Positions 25,349 to 36,987 of a DNA stretch of 64,000 bases are shown here, in pieces. Both the position numbers and the translations under genes were made by a program. Each line of letters starts with the position of its first letter. The stretch's first letter is position 1. The notes beneath the pieces are model-generated. The model did not search any database and had not been told where the DNA came from. It worked only from the letters and a program-made list of their open reading frames with translations. Source of the stretch: Takakia lepidozioides (taxonomy: Eukaryota > Plantae > Bryophyta); the NCBI GenBank assembly GCA_030704615.1, contig CM060733.1, positions 42,160,001 through 42,224,000 of the forward strand, in the 5' to 3' direction.

Positions 25349-26243
25349 GACCTACAGCTAGTGTATCATGGGGGTGTTTCCTATTTGTTTCCTTTTATCG
25401 CATTCATCTTAGCTACCTTACCATTGATAATTAAGTATCAGTTTGCTTCATCAATTTATCGGTTTCCTTAACTCCTCCATTCAATCCACAGCTTCACTCA
25501 GATCTCTCTACACAGTGTGATTGTATCGTATAAGTATCAGATTATGATTTATCAGGTATCAGGCCGAAGCCATTATGTCTCTAATCTTCTTTCCTATATC
25601 ACTATAGCTTTGCATATAACAAGCATCTACTAATCCTCTTTTCTCCTTCATCGTGCTCTCCGATCTCCGCTCCCGCCTGTCTCCGAAGTCCTCCCCGAAT
25701 AATGATCCCCTCATCATTCCCCGTTCTTCCCTTTATCCTCCTATCCGCGGTTCTAACCGTTTCCCTCTCTAACCGTCGTATGTGAACTAACATGTTCCCT
25801 TCACTGGTGTTGTTCCCCACAGTCGTTCCCTGTCCTATTCTTCGTTCCCTATTATCGTGACAGCTGTGTCAAGCGGTGACTGGCTGTGTTTGGCTGTGTC
25901 GGGCTGTGACTGGCTGTGTGGCTGTGCCGGGCTGTGACTGGCTGTGTGGGCTGTGTCTGCTGTGACGACTGTGACGGGCTGTGTGGGCTGTGTGGGCTGT
26001 GACGGCTGTGTGGGCTGTGACGACTGTGACGGGCTGTGTTGGCTGTGTGGGCTGTGACGGCTGTGTCGGGCTGTGTTGGCTGTGTGGGCTGTGACTGCTG
26101 TGTCGGCTGTGTGGGCTATGTAACCCCCCTCTACAGTGCGCTGCTGTCACCCCTAAGGTTCATGTTTGTCTCAGTCTGTGCAAAAATTAAGGGTACCCTA
26201 CAGATCCCGTATAAGTGTCTAAGTCCCCTACAGTCCTCTAACA
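25241..26243 (-). repeat. 5' LTR of family B
   Basis: TGTTAGAGG...CCGCGCGACA on minus; GGCTGTG simple repeat at ~25856-26120. Confidence 0.9.
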
Positions 26244-26287
26244 GTCCCAACCCCCCCCCCCTGCCCTCAAGGCAAAGGGCCGCGACA
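26244..26287 (-). repeat. First 44 bp of an element-A LTR
   Basis: Minus TGTCGCGGCCCTTTGCCTTGAGGGCAGGGG...GGGAC matches 5867-5907; preceded by TGCTG. Confidence 0.85.
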
Positions 26288-26808
26288 CAGCAACACCAAA
26301 CCGCCCAAAAATTTCGCACGTGCGAACCCTAATGCGGCACCGCATTTCCTAGTTCACTTGCAAAATTTTCCCGCCGAATACTGGAAGATGACAGAATTGT
26401 GCAGACTCTATTGGTTCAGTCGCGGCAAAAGGGTCAGCTTCATTCCAATGTTAAGGCATGTAAAACCGCGGAATACTCTATACAGGCCAGTATGCGACGT
26501 CCTTTTGCCGTGGTATACTGGATTTCTCGTTGCACGGTCACTCATTTCCATGAGCGGATCTAGAAAACCTTGAGCGGAGTTGTTACTAACGACATATCTT
26601 TGCCGCATTACAGGATCCGTAACTTCCAAAAACGGCAAGGTCAAATATAAAACTATTATTTTAATACTTGTTTAATCTGCCGCATTTCCAAATTTGGAGG
26701 AGTCCGCTCATGAAATCCGCGTGTCTTAGACTTCGGCTCACCGCTCATGCGGCTCATGCGGCTCATGGCTCATGGCTCATGGTTTCTGCTCATGAAATAG
26801 TAAACCTC
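26288..26808 (+). mobile_element. Right end (~520 bp) of MULE family M
   Basis: Matches ~49495-50037, including the terminus. Confidence 0.9.
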
Positions 26809-27360
26809 CCCGTCACAATCCAACACCATCGATCGAACAGAGTAATGCCACTCTTCCTCCTGTGAGTGCAGCCTCCCAATGACAGCCATCCATGCAAGCA
26901 ACCGGTGGTTGCCATCCCAAACATGAAACATCTTCTCTGAGAATGCCGGGGTGGAAGGTTTCCTGGAGAGAAGAAGTTTGAAGGATTCGTTCACCTGTAT
27001 CCAAATGGGATCCCAGGAGTCCACGATTGACTCATCCACAAGGAGCTCATTGCCTCTGGAATCCCTTGTAGAAACGTAAAAGACTGCGGATCCATCCAAA
27101 TACCCATGAACAAACTCGGCCTCCAGCTTCAGGATGTCCTTGATGAGGGGTGGATGAACGACGGGCATGGAAACCAACCTACATAGGGGAATCTTCAACC
27201 TCCCACCCGGGGAAAGCATACTTTGCACCACAAGCTGAGAGTTTACCTTCTGACCCCCCAGCATCTCAACGGCTTTGCTTTCATAGAACTCATCGTCCAC
27301 ATCAACAATGATCTCCTTCCCTTGCCCCGAAGGGATCTCATCCGCCACACTTTGCATCTT
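26809..27360 (-). pseudogene. Second, diverged ParB/Srx-like domain exon, truncated by a MULE end
   Basis: LKIPLCRLVSMPVV...GYLDGSAVFYVS...MFHVWDGNHRLLAW, clearly homologous to 41576-42050. Confidence 0.75.
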
Positions 27361-27479
27361 CTCCTGCAGGGTTGTTCATTCAAATTGATATAAGAGAGAG
27401 GCAATAAACGATGGTGTTTTGAGCATGGCAGACAGGCCCTGTGTGGCCCAATTTCTCATCAGAAAACAAGCATTGTGGG

Positions 27480-28428
27480 GGCCGAAAACACTGCGCGTTG
27501 CCGCACAATGTTTCAGCTTCCAAATAGTGGTGTTTTAAACATGATATTTGGCCCTATGTGGCACATTTCCACAAAAAAAAACAGGCAGAGAGGGGGCCAA
27601 AAGGGGGCACAAACAGTGTGCGTTGCTGCACACTCTTCGTTCTTCCAACTATGGGAGTTTTGAGCATGCATACTGGCCCTGATTGGCCCAATTTCACATA
27701 GAAAAACAAGCAGAGAGGGGGCTCAAAACAGTGTGCGTTGCCGCACACTGTTTGAGCTTCCAATAAGGGTTGGATTCAACCTACCAAAGTGGCCCTAGGT
27801 GCCCGATTTTCACATCAAAAAACAAGCAGATAAGGGGGCTCAAACAGTGTGCGTTGCTGCACACTGTTTGAGCTTGCAATAAGGTGTGATTTTAACATGG
27901 CATAGTGGCCATGAGTGGCCGATTTTGAAATAAAAGAAAAGGCAGTGAAGGGGGCTCAAACAGTGTGCGTTGGCGCACACTGTTTGAGCTTCCATTTTGG
28001 GGTCGATTCAACCTGCCAGACTGGCCCTAGGTGCACAATTTTCATGTCAAAAAACAAGCAAATCAGGGGGCTCAAACAGTGTGCGTTGACGTACACTGTT
28101 TGGGCTGCCAGGTAAGTGTGAATTGAACGTGACAGAGATGACCTTTGTGGTCGATTCTTAAATGAAAAAATAATGTCAAGTGTGGGCTCAAACAGTGTGC
28201 AATGCCGCACACTGTTTGAGCTTCCAAAAAGGGGTGGAATGAACCTTAGAGAGAGGCGACTGTATGCATGATTTTCACATTAAAGAAACAATTAACCGGG
28301 GGGCTCAAACAGTGTGTGTTGACGCACACTGTTTGAGCTGCCAGGTTAGTGTGGATTGAACCTCACAGAGATACCCGGTCTGGACGATTTTATTATGAAA
28401 AAAACAATGAGAAGGGGGGCTCAAACAG
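27480..28428. repeat. Array of ~9 hairpins GCTCAAACAGTGTGCG-N4-CGCACACTGTTTGAGC at a ~116-bp period
   Basis: TCAAACAG starts at 27840, 27956, 28072, 28188, 28305 and 28421; degenerate units near 27485, 27610 and 27723. Confidence 0.9.
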
Positions 28429-28891
28429 AGGGGCTGCTATTTCATGAGCCATGAGCCATGAGCGGCATGAGCCATGAGCAAAGTCGTAAGTGTGGAAAAA
28501 AACATGAGCAGCACTATTTTCCGGAAATGAGTGTCCGCGGGAATAGGGTTTAGGGTGCCACGGTCATAGGGGGAGAAGGACCTCCCGATGAAGGAGGTTC
28601 GGCAATGTTATTTAGAATTATATATTGAAAGGCAATGTTTCGCGAATGGTAGGGTGGTACTGCTCTGTACAATGGGGGCCCATTTCAGCCTACCAGCCAC
28701 TGGCAAAATCCACCCACACTCCCAATCCCAAACGAAATGAGCAATGACGCATTCTCGGAACGATGGACACAGAATAGAATAAAAAGAGGGCACAATGAGG
28801 TTTTTATTGATCCACATGAATTGCATTTGAAGCACGTCTACTGTGCTGATTGTGCAATCAAATCTTTAGCCCTGTGCCTACTGAATACAAG

Positions 28892-29455
28892 TCACGTTGT
28901 CAATGGGACTTCGACTGCTCTCAGAACTAGCTCATGAGTCATGGGGCTCCTCCATGTAAAGTCGATTGCAGCCGTTGTACCGCCCCTAGTGATGTTCACC
29001 ACAATGTCCTGCCCTTCAATCATACCACCATCGAATATGGAAATCTTCACGTTTTTGTCATCCACACCAATGCGAATGTCCCCATACAATGGAGAAGAGG
29101 AGCGCACTCCTTGAGGAGAATAGGTCTCTCCGATGGAGTCCACCCACGTCCAGTGGCAGCAGTTCCACCGCAACAGCATAGCAGTGCGCCTTCTTCTGCA
29201 TGGGTGACCGTCGTAGCTGGGAAAATTGGAATCGAGGATGCGCAGGAACCACGGACTCCTCAGACCAAGATCGTCACCCCGCTCGAAGGCGTAGTGGCCT
29301 ACGATATACTCAAAAGCCACCAATGTTTCCACAATCGAACCAGTATCTTCTGTGTAATCTGTGTACCAGATAACAATGTCTCCCGATGTGGCCGAATACA
29401 TTGCATAATCGATGCCTCCAAATGGGCAGTCGTCCCAGTTCCGGAAGCACGGCAT
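28892..29455 (-). CDS. MULE cargo protein X (187 aa), function unknown
   Basis: Intact in two copies (also 35802-36365); paralog of Y. Confidence 0.7.
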   Translation of the reverse strand: MPCFRNWDDCPFGGIDYAMYSATSGDIVIWYTDYTEDTGSIVETLVAFEYIVGHYAFERGDDLGLRSPWFLRILDSNFPSYDGHPCRRRRTAMLLRWNCCHWTWVDSIGETYSPQGVRSSSPLYGDIRIGVDDKNVKISIFDGGMIEGQDIVVNITRGGTTAAIDFTWRSPMTHELVLRAVEVPLTT

Positions 29456-30008
29456 CCTAGCAAAAGAGGACCTAAGGACGACTTGGATGCAGATGACAAT
29501 GACCTTGCGGACAGCTACGAAGCCCTTAGATTTTGGAAATGATGCGAAGCGGAAGAGCAGTCCGGCCTCCAATAATGGAGCATCTGGGTCCCACGTACCC
29601 ACCGACGGAGGTGGAACGTGTTCATCACGCCGCGGTGGATGAACCCATACATCTTTCTTATCAACAAGTTATAGTTTGAGATCTGCCACCGAAGTCCATC
29701 CCCCGGATGGAAATTCGGCGCCGCATTTACATCGAAGAGGGGATGGACTTCGTCGTGTCCAGTGGCTATCGGCCCACCTGGCAGTGAGTGCCCATAGTTT
29801 GCATGGCAGGGTAGGAAACTGAAACGGCTACATTCATGAAGCAGCCAATCTTCATCGGTCCAGGATCCTGTAGGGGGAAATTTAAATGTGCCCTGGAGTG
29901 TTTGTGAGGAATTGCAGCGTTAGCTTGAACTTTTTCCAGCCACCGCGCTGCTCCTCCTCCATCCGGGAGCTGCTGTCATTGAGCGTACTCCGCTACTCTT
30001 TTTCAAGG

Positions 30009-30587
30009 ATGCCGTGCCGCCGAAATCCAGCCGACTGCCCTTATCATGGCCACGATTATGCTATGTTCAAACCAGAATCAGGAGACATCATTGTCTGGCT
30101 CTCTGTTTTCACAGACGCTGCTGGAATCAAGCAAGAGTCTTTGCGCGCAATGGAGTATCTGGAGGGCTATTACCGCTTTGAGCGAGGTGAGGGCGAGGGT
30201 CAATGCGGTCCGTGGGTCCTGAAAATTGTTGACCTCGATATACCAAGCTGGAAAGGGATGCCGGACAGATCACGCACGGCCTCGCTTTGGCGCTGGAACT
30301 GCTGCCAGTGGACCAGGGAGGACGGCACCGGGGAAAACTATATACGTGCAGATCACTCCGCTCTTCCAGTGTATGGAGACATTCGGCTGAGTTGCGAAGA
30401 CGAATCGCACGGGCACATGAGGCCCACAGTGACCTTGTCAATGTATGATGGTGGTATCATTGATGGACATGACATTGTCGTCGGCTCCAGCAAGGGCAGC
30501 AGAACGACCGAATTGCAGTTTACCTCGAGGTGCCGCAACAGTGATGAGCTTGTTTTGAGGGGTATCGAAGTTCCGTCGACTTGGTGA
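30009..30587 (+). CDS. MULE cargo protein Y (192 aa), paralog of X
   Basis: Shares MPC..DCP..G.DYAM, GDI..W, EY..G.Y.FERG, RWNCC.WT, YGDIR, DGG.I.G.DIVV and ELVLR..EVP with X. Confidence 0.72.
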   Translation: MPCRRNPADCPYHGHDYAMFKPESGDIIVWLSVFTDAAGIKQESLRAMEYLEGYYRFERGEGEGQCGPWVLKIVDLDIPSWKGMPDRSRTASLWRWNCCQWTREDGTGENYIRADHSALPVYGDIRLSCEDESHGHMRPTVTLSMYDGGIIDGHDIVVGSSKGSRTTELQFTSRCRNSDELVLRGIEVPSTW

Positions 30588-30845
30588 AGCCCATGTAGAA
30601 GGAGGAAGGGCTTAGTTTTGTCTGCAGTTGGTAAATGTGAGACATCGTGTCCGATCAATAAACCCATCGTACCTCACTTCTGTATGATTGTGTTTCATTC
30701 TGTTGAATAACTGTCGGAATTGGCCCACTGTTTACAATTTGATGTCTCATTTCTACAATGTGTCTGTCCGGATGAATATAGCAGAGTAACCGGTATGTGA
30801 GTCATGTGTCAAGAATATACCAGAGTAACGCCATGTCGGACATTG

Positions 30846-31545
30846 AAATGCGGCACCGCATTTCCATGTGGGACAAGGAAATGCGGTGCATCATTTCCGT
30901 CCAGGTACACGAAATACCAACACGGGTCTATAAATTGGACAGACAACGAGGTTGGCATTGCAAATGCGGCGACGCATTTCCAGCTTGGCAATGGAAACTT
31001 CTTTTTGGACAAGGGAATGCGGTGCCGCATTTCCGTCCAACACTTCGAAAAGTGCACCTATTTCCGACCAGCGCGATGGAATGCGTTACCGCATTTCCGT
31101 GAGAGGGTCTGCAAATGGACAAATTGCGATGTCCGTTCTGGAAATGCGGCGCCGCATTTCCATGTCCGTCATCGACTTTTTTTTTACAATGGAATGCGGT
31201 GCCAATTTTGCTGATGGGCCTGCAGTTCGAACAACGACCATCCCCAATATGGAAATGCGGCACCGCATTTTCAATTCCGCCATCTCGACCTCCTTGTTCG
31301 ACCTCCTTGTTCGACCTCTGTAAGCGTGGTGGCATCCATGCAATGAGCGGGAGAGGCCAAAACTGGCGTGTGGACAAAGGAAATTTTGGAAATGCGGCAC
31401 CGCATTTCCAATCGGCCGATTTTTACTATGCCAACATTGAAATGGAAAATTTAGTCCCTCCCCTGTTTTGGAAATGCGGTGCCGCATTTCCAAAAGAGGT
31501 TCTTAGAGTTGCCAAAATTTTGGAAATGCGGTGCCCCATTTCTGA
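30846..31545. repeat. Irregular cluster of 22-bp palindromes downstream of the ParB-MTase gene (copy 2)
   Basis: About a dozen GGAAATGCGGNNCCGCATTTCC variants. Confidence 0.85.
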
Positions 31546-31679
31546 TTTTGGAAGCGTCGTGGTTTGAGCGATTGTGTGGCTGGAATGCACACTGGAGAGG
31601 GGTCACGAATGTCGGGCAGAATTTCCTTTATATACTCTGGAAGAGAATTTACATTTACAGAGACTTCATTAAAATTCTA

Positions 31680-33880
31680 TTAATCTTGAAAATCATCCGA
31701 ATCCTCATCCTGTTCTAGACTGTCCTGCTCCGCCTCCACCCCCTCAGTGCCTTTCTCATCTCCAGCGGACTGCTCGTTGGCCAGGCTTTCGAAAATCCCA
31801 TCTTCCCCTTGCGGAACTGTCCATCTCACCTCCGTTGGGTCGTCTTCCTCCCTGTCTGCGTCGCTCTCATCCGCTGAATCACATATGTACTTTCGTACCC
31901 GTCTACCTGTCTGAGCTGCTGCCAACTCTTTCCTTATCCTTCTGTCCTCCCTAGCCCTCTCCAAAATCTGCTCTACTTTACTGGGATTCTCACTTCTTCT
32001 AATCGCTGTATTTGCGAGTTTAGCTGCATAACTAGGAAGGGAGTAGTCCCTCACCGGGCTCGTCATGAAGTCGGCCCTCGCAAAGAACGGGACATTCTTC
32101 CTGGCAGGAAGTGTAGGCCCTACATGTTTCGACCCGGACCCTGCAATCCTGCACATGACAATCATCAACGAGACTAATGAGAACCACAGTCGGGAAATTC
32201 GTTTGACATAAATGACCCAGAAGGCTTTGCAAACTTACAATGTTTGCACTCACTCGTATTCCGGGTTCTCCTCCGCATCAATGTCCACTGTGTCTTCCTC
32301 GGACTCCGACGAATCCGAGGAGACTTCCGCTCTGTCGGGAGCCTTAACATTCCGTTGCAGCCCTTCCAGATGGGATCCCCACACGGATGAATCCTCCTCG
32401 TAGGCAAAGAGGTGCCGGTCGGAAAACCGCCCAGCCCACATTGAGGCACCTGTTACAATGCCATCCACACATTACCACATGGCGCTTCAGATGTTGCGAA
32501 CTACATCCTAACGAGAATTTGCAGAACAGCATAGATCAAGATTCTGCATACCTGTCCACAGATGAGGTCGAGCACTGTGCCCTCCACGTCTGTGCATGTC
32601 TCCATAATTGTCTGAATGAAGGCAGGGCTCCGAGTCCGTGAGTACCGCAGGGGTTCCGTTGAAGTGAGGCTATGAGGAGAAGTTCCTTGGGAACGTTGTT
32701 GAACAGAACGTCGTAATCGAGGGGTCGCAGTTCGGGTCAACCTTTCCTCCCTCCTTCCGGAAAGCAAAGGTGGAGTTCTCCTTCACAAAGCAGTATGCAT
32801 CGAACTGCTTCGTCTGCATACACAGGGGGGAACGATTAGAAACCGAATGCGGCACCGCATTTGAAAACACCCAAGCAAATGAATGGACGAGTGCCAGTGT
32901 CGTAATCACCCTTCTTCCCTTCCGACCGAAGGCCCAGTGTGTTGATGCACGTCCACTTCTTTTTCAGAATCGGGACGGCGCTCTTGCGGTCCACTTCGCA
33001 ATTCCTGTCTGAGTGTTTTTTTCCTCTGCTCGCCAGGACAACCACACAGCCTCTGTCGTCCAACACCATGCGGGCAAGCCCGAATCCTTTCTTCCAAAGT
33101 CCTCCGAGTACCTGTTCCAAGATGGCAAAGCTTGCAGTCCTTCCACAGGCTCTCCGTCCGGAATATCCAAGATGATCATATCGCAAGACCACTCGGTGGC
33201 ATTTCCGCCCCTCCTACAATCCTTGTCTGCACACACCCTCTCAAAGAACGAGACCATATTCTGAAATCCTGGGTGTCGGAAGGCTCTTCGGCAGTCGCCT
33301 TCTTCAGTGCTCTGCCCTTCAGACCCTCCATGGTCTTCATGTATGCCAACTTGGCTGCCCTCCATCCAAAGCCGCCAGAAACTCTCATTTACACACTGGA
33401 CTACTGTTTCGGGAGCCACTTTTCGGCCTCTTCATTTCCACCGGCTCGAAAGGGTGCCCCCCTGGGGGGTTGAAGAGTGCCTTCTTTGCCGAGCCAGTTC
33501 TCGTGCCTCTCGTGACAACGGTGGGCACAGGGGAGGCAGCCTGCGTTTGGGGGGGTGGGCTGGTTGCAAAGTCTCCATCGGAGTCCCTCTTCCTCACCCT
33601 CTTCCTGAACAGGCTGTTTCTGCTTCTTCGTTTTGCGGGTCACAACAGCTGCTCCTTGCTGGCGAGTCCTCTTCTTTGAGACCCCTTCTGTTGGGCCTGC
33701 ACAGCTGCATCCACCGTCTTTTGTGCCATCTCAGCTGCCTTTCTGGATTCTTCCAGAGCAGCAGATTCCTTTGCCGACTTTGGCCCAGCAGGGACACACC
33801 GTCTTTCCTTTCTCATTCTCTTCTGCAAGGCGTGCAGATCTTTCTCAGATCGTCAACAATACCGCCCAGACATGTCCGTA
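31680..33880 (-). pseudogene. Exons 7-10 of the ParB-like/MTase-like gene in M copy 2 (multiple 1-bp indels)
   Basis: CDMIILDIPDG, RSPAFIQTIMETCTDVEGTVLDLIC and GASMWAGRFSDRHLFAYEED as in copy 3. Confidence 0.78.
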
Positions 33881-34380
33881 NNNNNNNNNNNNNNNNNNNN
33901 NNNNNNNNNNNNNNNNNNNNNNNNNNNNNNNNNNNNNNNNNNNNNNNNNNNNNNNNNNNNNNNNNNNNNNNNNNNNNNNNNNNNNNNNNNNNNNNNNNNN
34001 NNNNNNNNNNNNNNNNNNNNNNNNNNNNNNNNNNNNNNNNNNNNNNNNNNNNNNNNNNNNNNNNNNNNNNNNNNNNNNNNNNNNNNNNNNNNNNNNNNNN
34101 NNNNNNNNNNNNNNNNNNNNNNNNNNNNNNNNNNNNNNNNNNNNNNNNNNNNNNNNNNNNNNNNNNNNNNNNNNNNNNNNNNNNNNNNNNNNNNNNNNNN
34201 NNNNNNNNNNNNNNNNNNNNNNNNNNNNNNNNNNNNNNNNNNNNNNNNNNNNNNNNNNNNNNNNNNNNNNNNNNNNNNNNNNNNNNNNNNNNNNNNNNNN
34301 NNNNNNNNNNNNNNNNNNNNNNNNNNNNNNNNNNNNNNNNNNNNNNNNNNNNNNNNNNNNNNNNNNNNNNNNNNNNNNNN
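33881..34380. other. Assembly gap (500 N)
   Basis: Run of N. Confidence 1.
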
Positions 34381-35013
34381 TGGTGGAGGCCAGTCAGTCC
34401 GGGGGTTTTGGGCTGGGATGTTCTGCAGGATCAGCATTGCAGCTGGATTTTGGTGTGGGGGTGTTGATGTTTTGATTTCTTGTGTTTGGATCCCCCCAAC
34501 ACCTGCATGCTTGACTGTGCGCCATGTTGGTTTTGTGTGGGCGCTTGCTTTCATAGGGATTAGGCCGGATTTGATCACCGGTCAATCCTAGAGTATGCTG
34601 TCGGTGGTGAGGCTGGAGTGATGACCAGCAAGACCACCAGTGTTTCTTCTATGGTGAGGCTGGGTTGATGACCAGCCAACCATAGGAGTTCTTGCGGTGG
34701 ATGCAGGTGCAGGTGCCCTGAGCCATTGGGATATGACCCTTAAACTGCAACAGGTGCCCACCCGTGTCACTATTAGATTAGTACTAGAGCTTTATAGTGT
34801 CACGTGGAGAGGTGCACATTGTGAGTGTCATTACGGAGTTACCCAAGGGTTTTGAGGGGAGTACGGCTACAGGCAGTAACAGTGAGAGTGGGTTCACAAG
34901 ACGAGGTATTCGGTTCAGACTTCACCGCCACCCTCAATTACTGTAGAGTCAGACACAGACTCGGAGGCTTCTCAACAGGTGTGCACTTTCATTCGCCATT
35001 GTTGTGGGACGAC

Positions 35014-35338
35014 ATGGAGGAGATGTATGGAGCTACCAAGGGGCCTCGTAGGTACTCTGGAGTTGTGGGCACAATCGAGTTGGATGACTTTATCCAGGAG
35101 TTCGACAGCTGGTGTGATTTGCAGCAGATGCGCAATCCACAGCTATTCACCCCATTCATGGCGTGGAAGGGACTGTTCCAGCATTTGGAAGGCCCGCCTA
35201 TGGACGATTATCACGAGTTCAGGCGAGGACATGAAGCAGAGATTGAGGAGTGGAGGATGTATTGGTCACCTGACTACGTCTCCATTACTCGAGGCACGAC
35301 GCGACCAGTAGCTGCATCAGTACCAATAGCTCCCACTG
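35014..35338 (+). pseudogene. gag: N-terminal gag of element C (interrupted)
   Basis: PRRYSG...ELDDFIQEFDSWC...FQHLEG; frame continues across the TSD at 50038. Confidence 0.75.
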
Positions 35339-35420
35339 GGGGGCTGCTATTTCATGAGCCATGAGCCATGAGCGGCATGAGCCATGAGCAGAGTCGTAAG
35401 TGTGGAAAAAAACATGAGCA
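35339..35420 (+). repeat. Left TIR and subterminal CATGAGC heptamer repeats
   Basis: Tandem CATGAGC, mirrored by GCTCATG repeats at ~49935-50023. Confidence 0.88.
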
Positions 35421-35801
35421 GCACTATTTTCCGGAAATGAGTGTCCGCGGGAATAGGGTTTAGGGTGCCACGGTCATAGGGGGAGAAGGACCTCCCGATG
35501 AAGGAGGTTCGGCAATGTTATTTAGAATTATATATTGAAAGGCAATGTTTCGCGAATGGTAGGGTGGTACTGCTCTGTACAATGGGGGCCCATTTCAGCC
35601 TACCAGCCATTTGCAAAATTCACCCACACTCCCAATCCCAAACGAAATGAGCAATGACGCATTCTCGGAACGATGGACACAGAATAGAATAAAAAGAGGG
35701 CACAATGAGGTTTTTATTGATCCACATGAATTGCATTTGAAGCACGTCTACTGTGCTGATTGTGCCCTCAAATCTTGAGCCCTGTGCCTACTGAATACAA
35801 G

Positions 35802-36365
35802 TCACGTTGTCAATGGGACTTCGACTGCTCTCAGAACTAGCTCATGAGTCCTGGGGCTCCTCCATGTAAAGTCGATTGCAGCCGTTGTACCGCCCCTAGT
35901 GATGTTCACCACAATGTCCTGCCCTTCAATCATACCACCATCGAATATGGAAATCTTCACGTTTTCGTCGTCCACACCAATGCGAATGTCCCCATACAAT
36001 GGAGAAGAGGAGCGCACTCCTCGAGGAGAATAGGTCTCTCCGATGGAGTCCACCCACGTCCAGTGGCAGCAGTTCCACCGCAACAGCATAGCAGTGCGCC
36101 TTCTTCTGCATGGGTGACCGTCGTAGCTGGGAAAATCGGAATCGAGGATGCGCAGGAGCCACGGACTCCTCAAACCAAGATCGTCACCCCGCTCGAAGGC
36201 GTAGTGGCCTACGATATACTCAAAAGCCACCAATGTTTCCACAATCGAACCAGTATCTTCTGTGTAATCTGTGTACCAGATAACAATGTCTCCCGATGTG
36301 GCCGAATACATTGCATAATCGATGCCTCCAAAGGGGCAGTCGTCCCGGTTCCGGAAGCACGGCAT
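35802..36365 (-). CDS. MULE cargo protein X (187 aa)
   Basis: Near-identical to 28892-29455. Confidence 0.7.
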   Translation of the reverse strand: MPCFRNRDDCPFGGIDYAMYSATSGDIVIWYTDYTEDTGSIVETLVAFEYIVGHYAFERGDDLGLRSPWLLRILDSDFPSYDGHPCRRRRTAMLLRWNCCHWTWVDSIGETYSPRGVRSSSPLYGDIRIGVDDENVKISIFDGGMIEGQDIVVNITRGGTTAAIDFTWRSPRTHELVLRAVEVPLTT

Positions 36366-36987
36366 CCTTGCAAAGGAGGACCTGAGGACGACTTGGATGC
36401 CGATGACCTTGCGGACAGCTACGAAGCCCTTAGATTTTGGAAAGATACGAAGCGGAAGAGCAGTCCGGCCTCCAAAATGGAGCATCTGGGTCACACGTAC
36501 CCACCGACGGAGGTGGAACGTGTTCATCACGCCAGCGGTGGATGAAGCCATACATCTTTCTCATCAACAAGTTATAGTTTGAGATCTGCCACCGAAGTCC
36601 ATCCCCCCGGATGAAATTCGGCGCCGCATTTACATCGAAGAGGGGATGGACTTCGTCGTGTCCAGTGGCTATCGGCCCACCTGGCAGTGACTGCCCATAG
36701 TTTGCATGGCAGGGTAGGAAACTGAAACGGCTACATTCATGCAGCAGCCAATCTTCATCGGTCCAGGATCCTGTAGGGGAAATTTAAATGTGCCCTGGAG
36801 TGTGCCCTGGAATGTACCTCACTTCTGTATGACTGTGTTTCATTGTGTTGAATAACTCTCGGATTTGGCCCACTGTTTACAATTTGATGTCTCATTTCTA
36901 CAATTTGTCTGTCTGGTTGAATAAAGCAGAGTAACCGGTATGTGAGTCATGTGTCAAGAATATACCAGAGTAACGCCATGTCGGCAT

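Larger units (their letters stand above)
21880..26243 (-). mobile_element. Family B 5' half (LTR 25241-26243, PBS, extra ORF, gag, protease)
   Basis: LTR termini, PBS, gag and protease VLIDGGSGVNI; inserted into an element-A LTR at GGGAC. Confidence 0.9.
28429..33880 (+). mobile_element. MULE family M, copy 2 (left 5.4 kb, runs into the gap)
   Basis: Left terminus AGGGGCTGCTATTTCATGAGC; colinear with 35339-~40090. Confidence 0.92.

Noticed and set aside
17190-26243. A single intact family B element
   Set aside because: No shared TSD, dissimilar LTRs, and pol replaced by a foreign fragment
28543-28555. Telomere-like TAGGGTTTAGGG in the MULE left arm (also ~35454)
   Set aside because: Under two repeat units; at most a telo-box, not interstitial telomere
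33307-34591. Long ORFs spanning 33881-34380
   Set aside because: Created by the N gap
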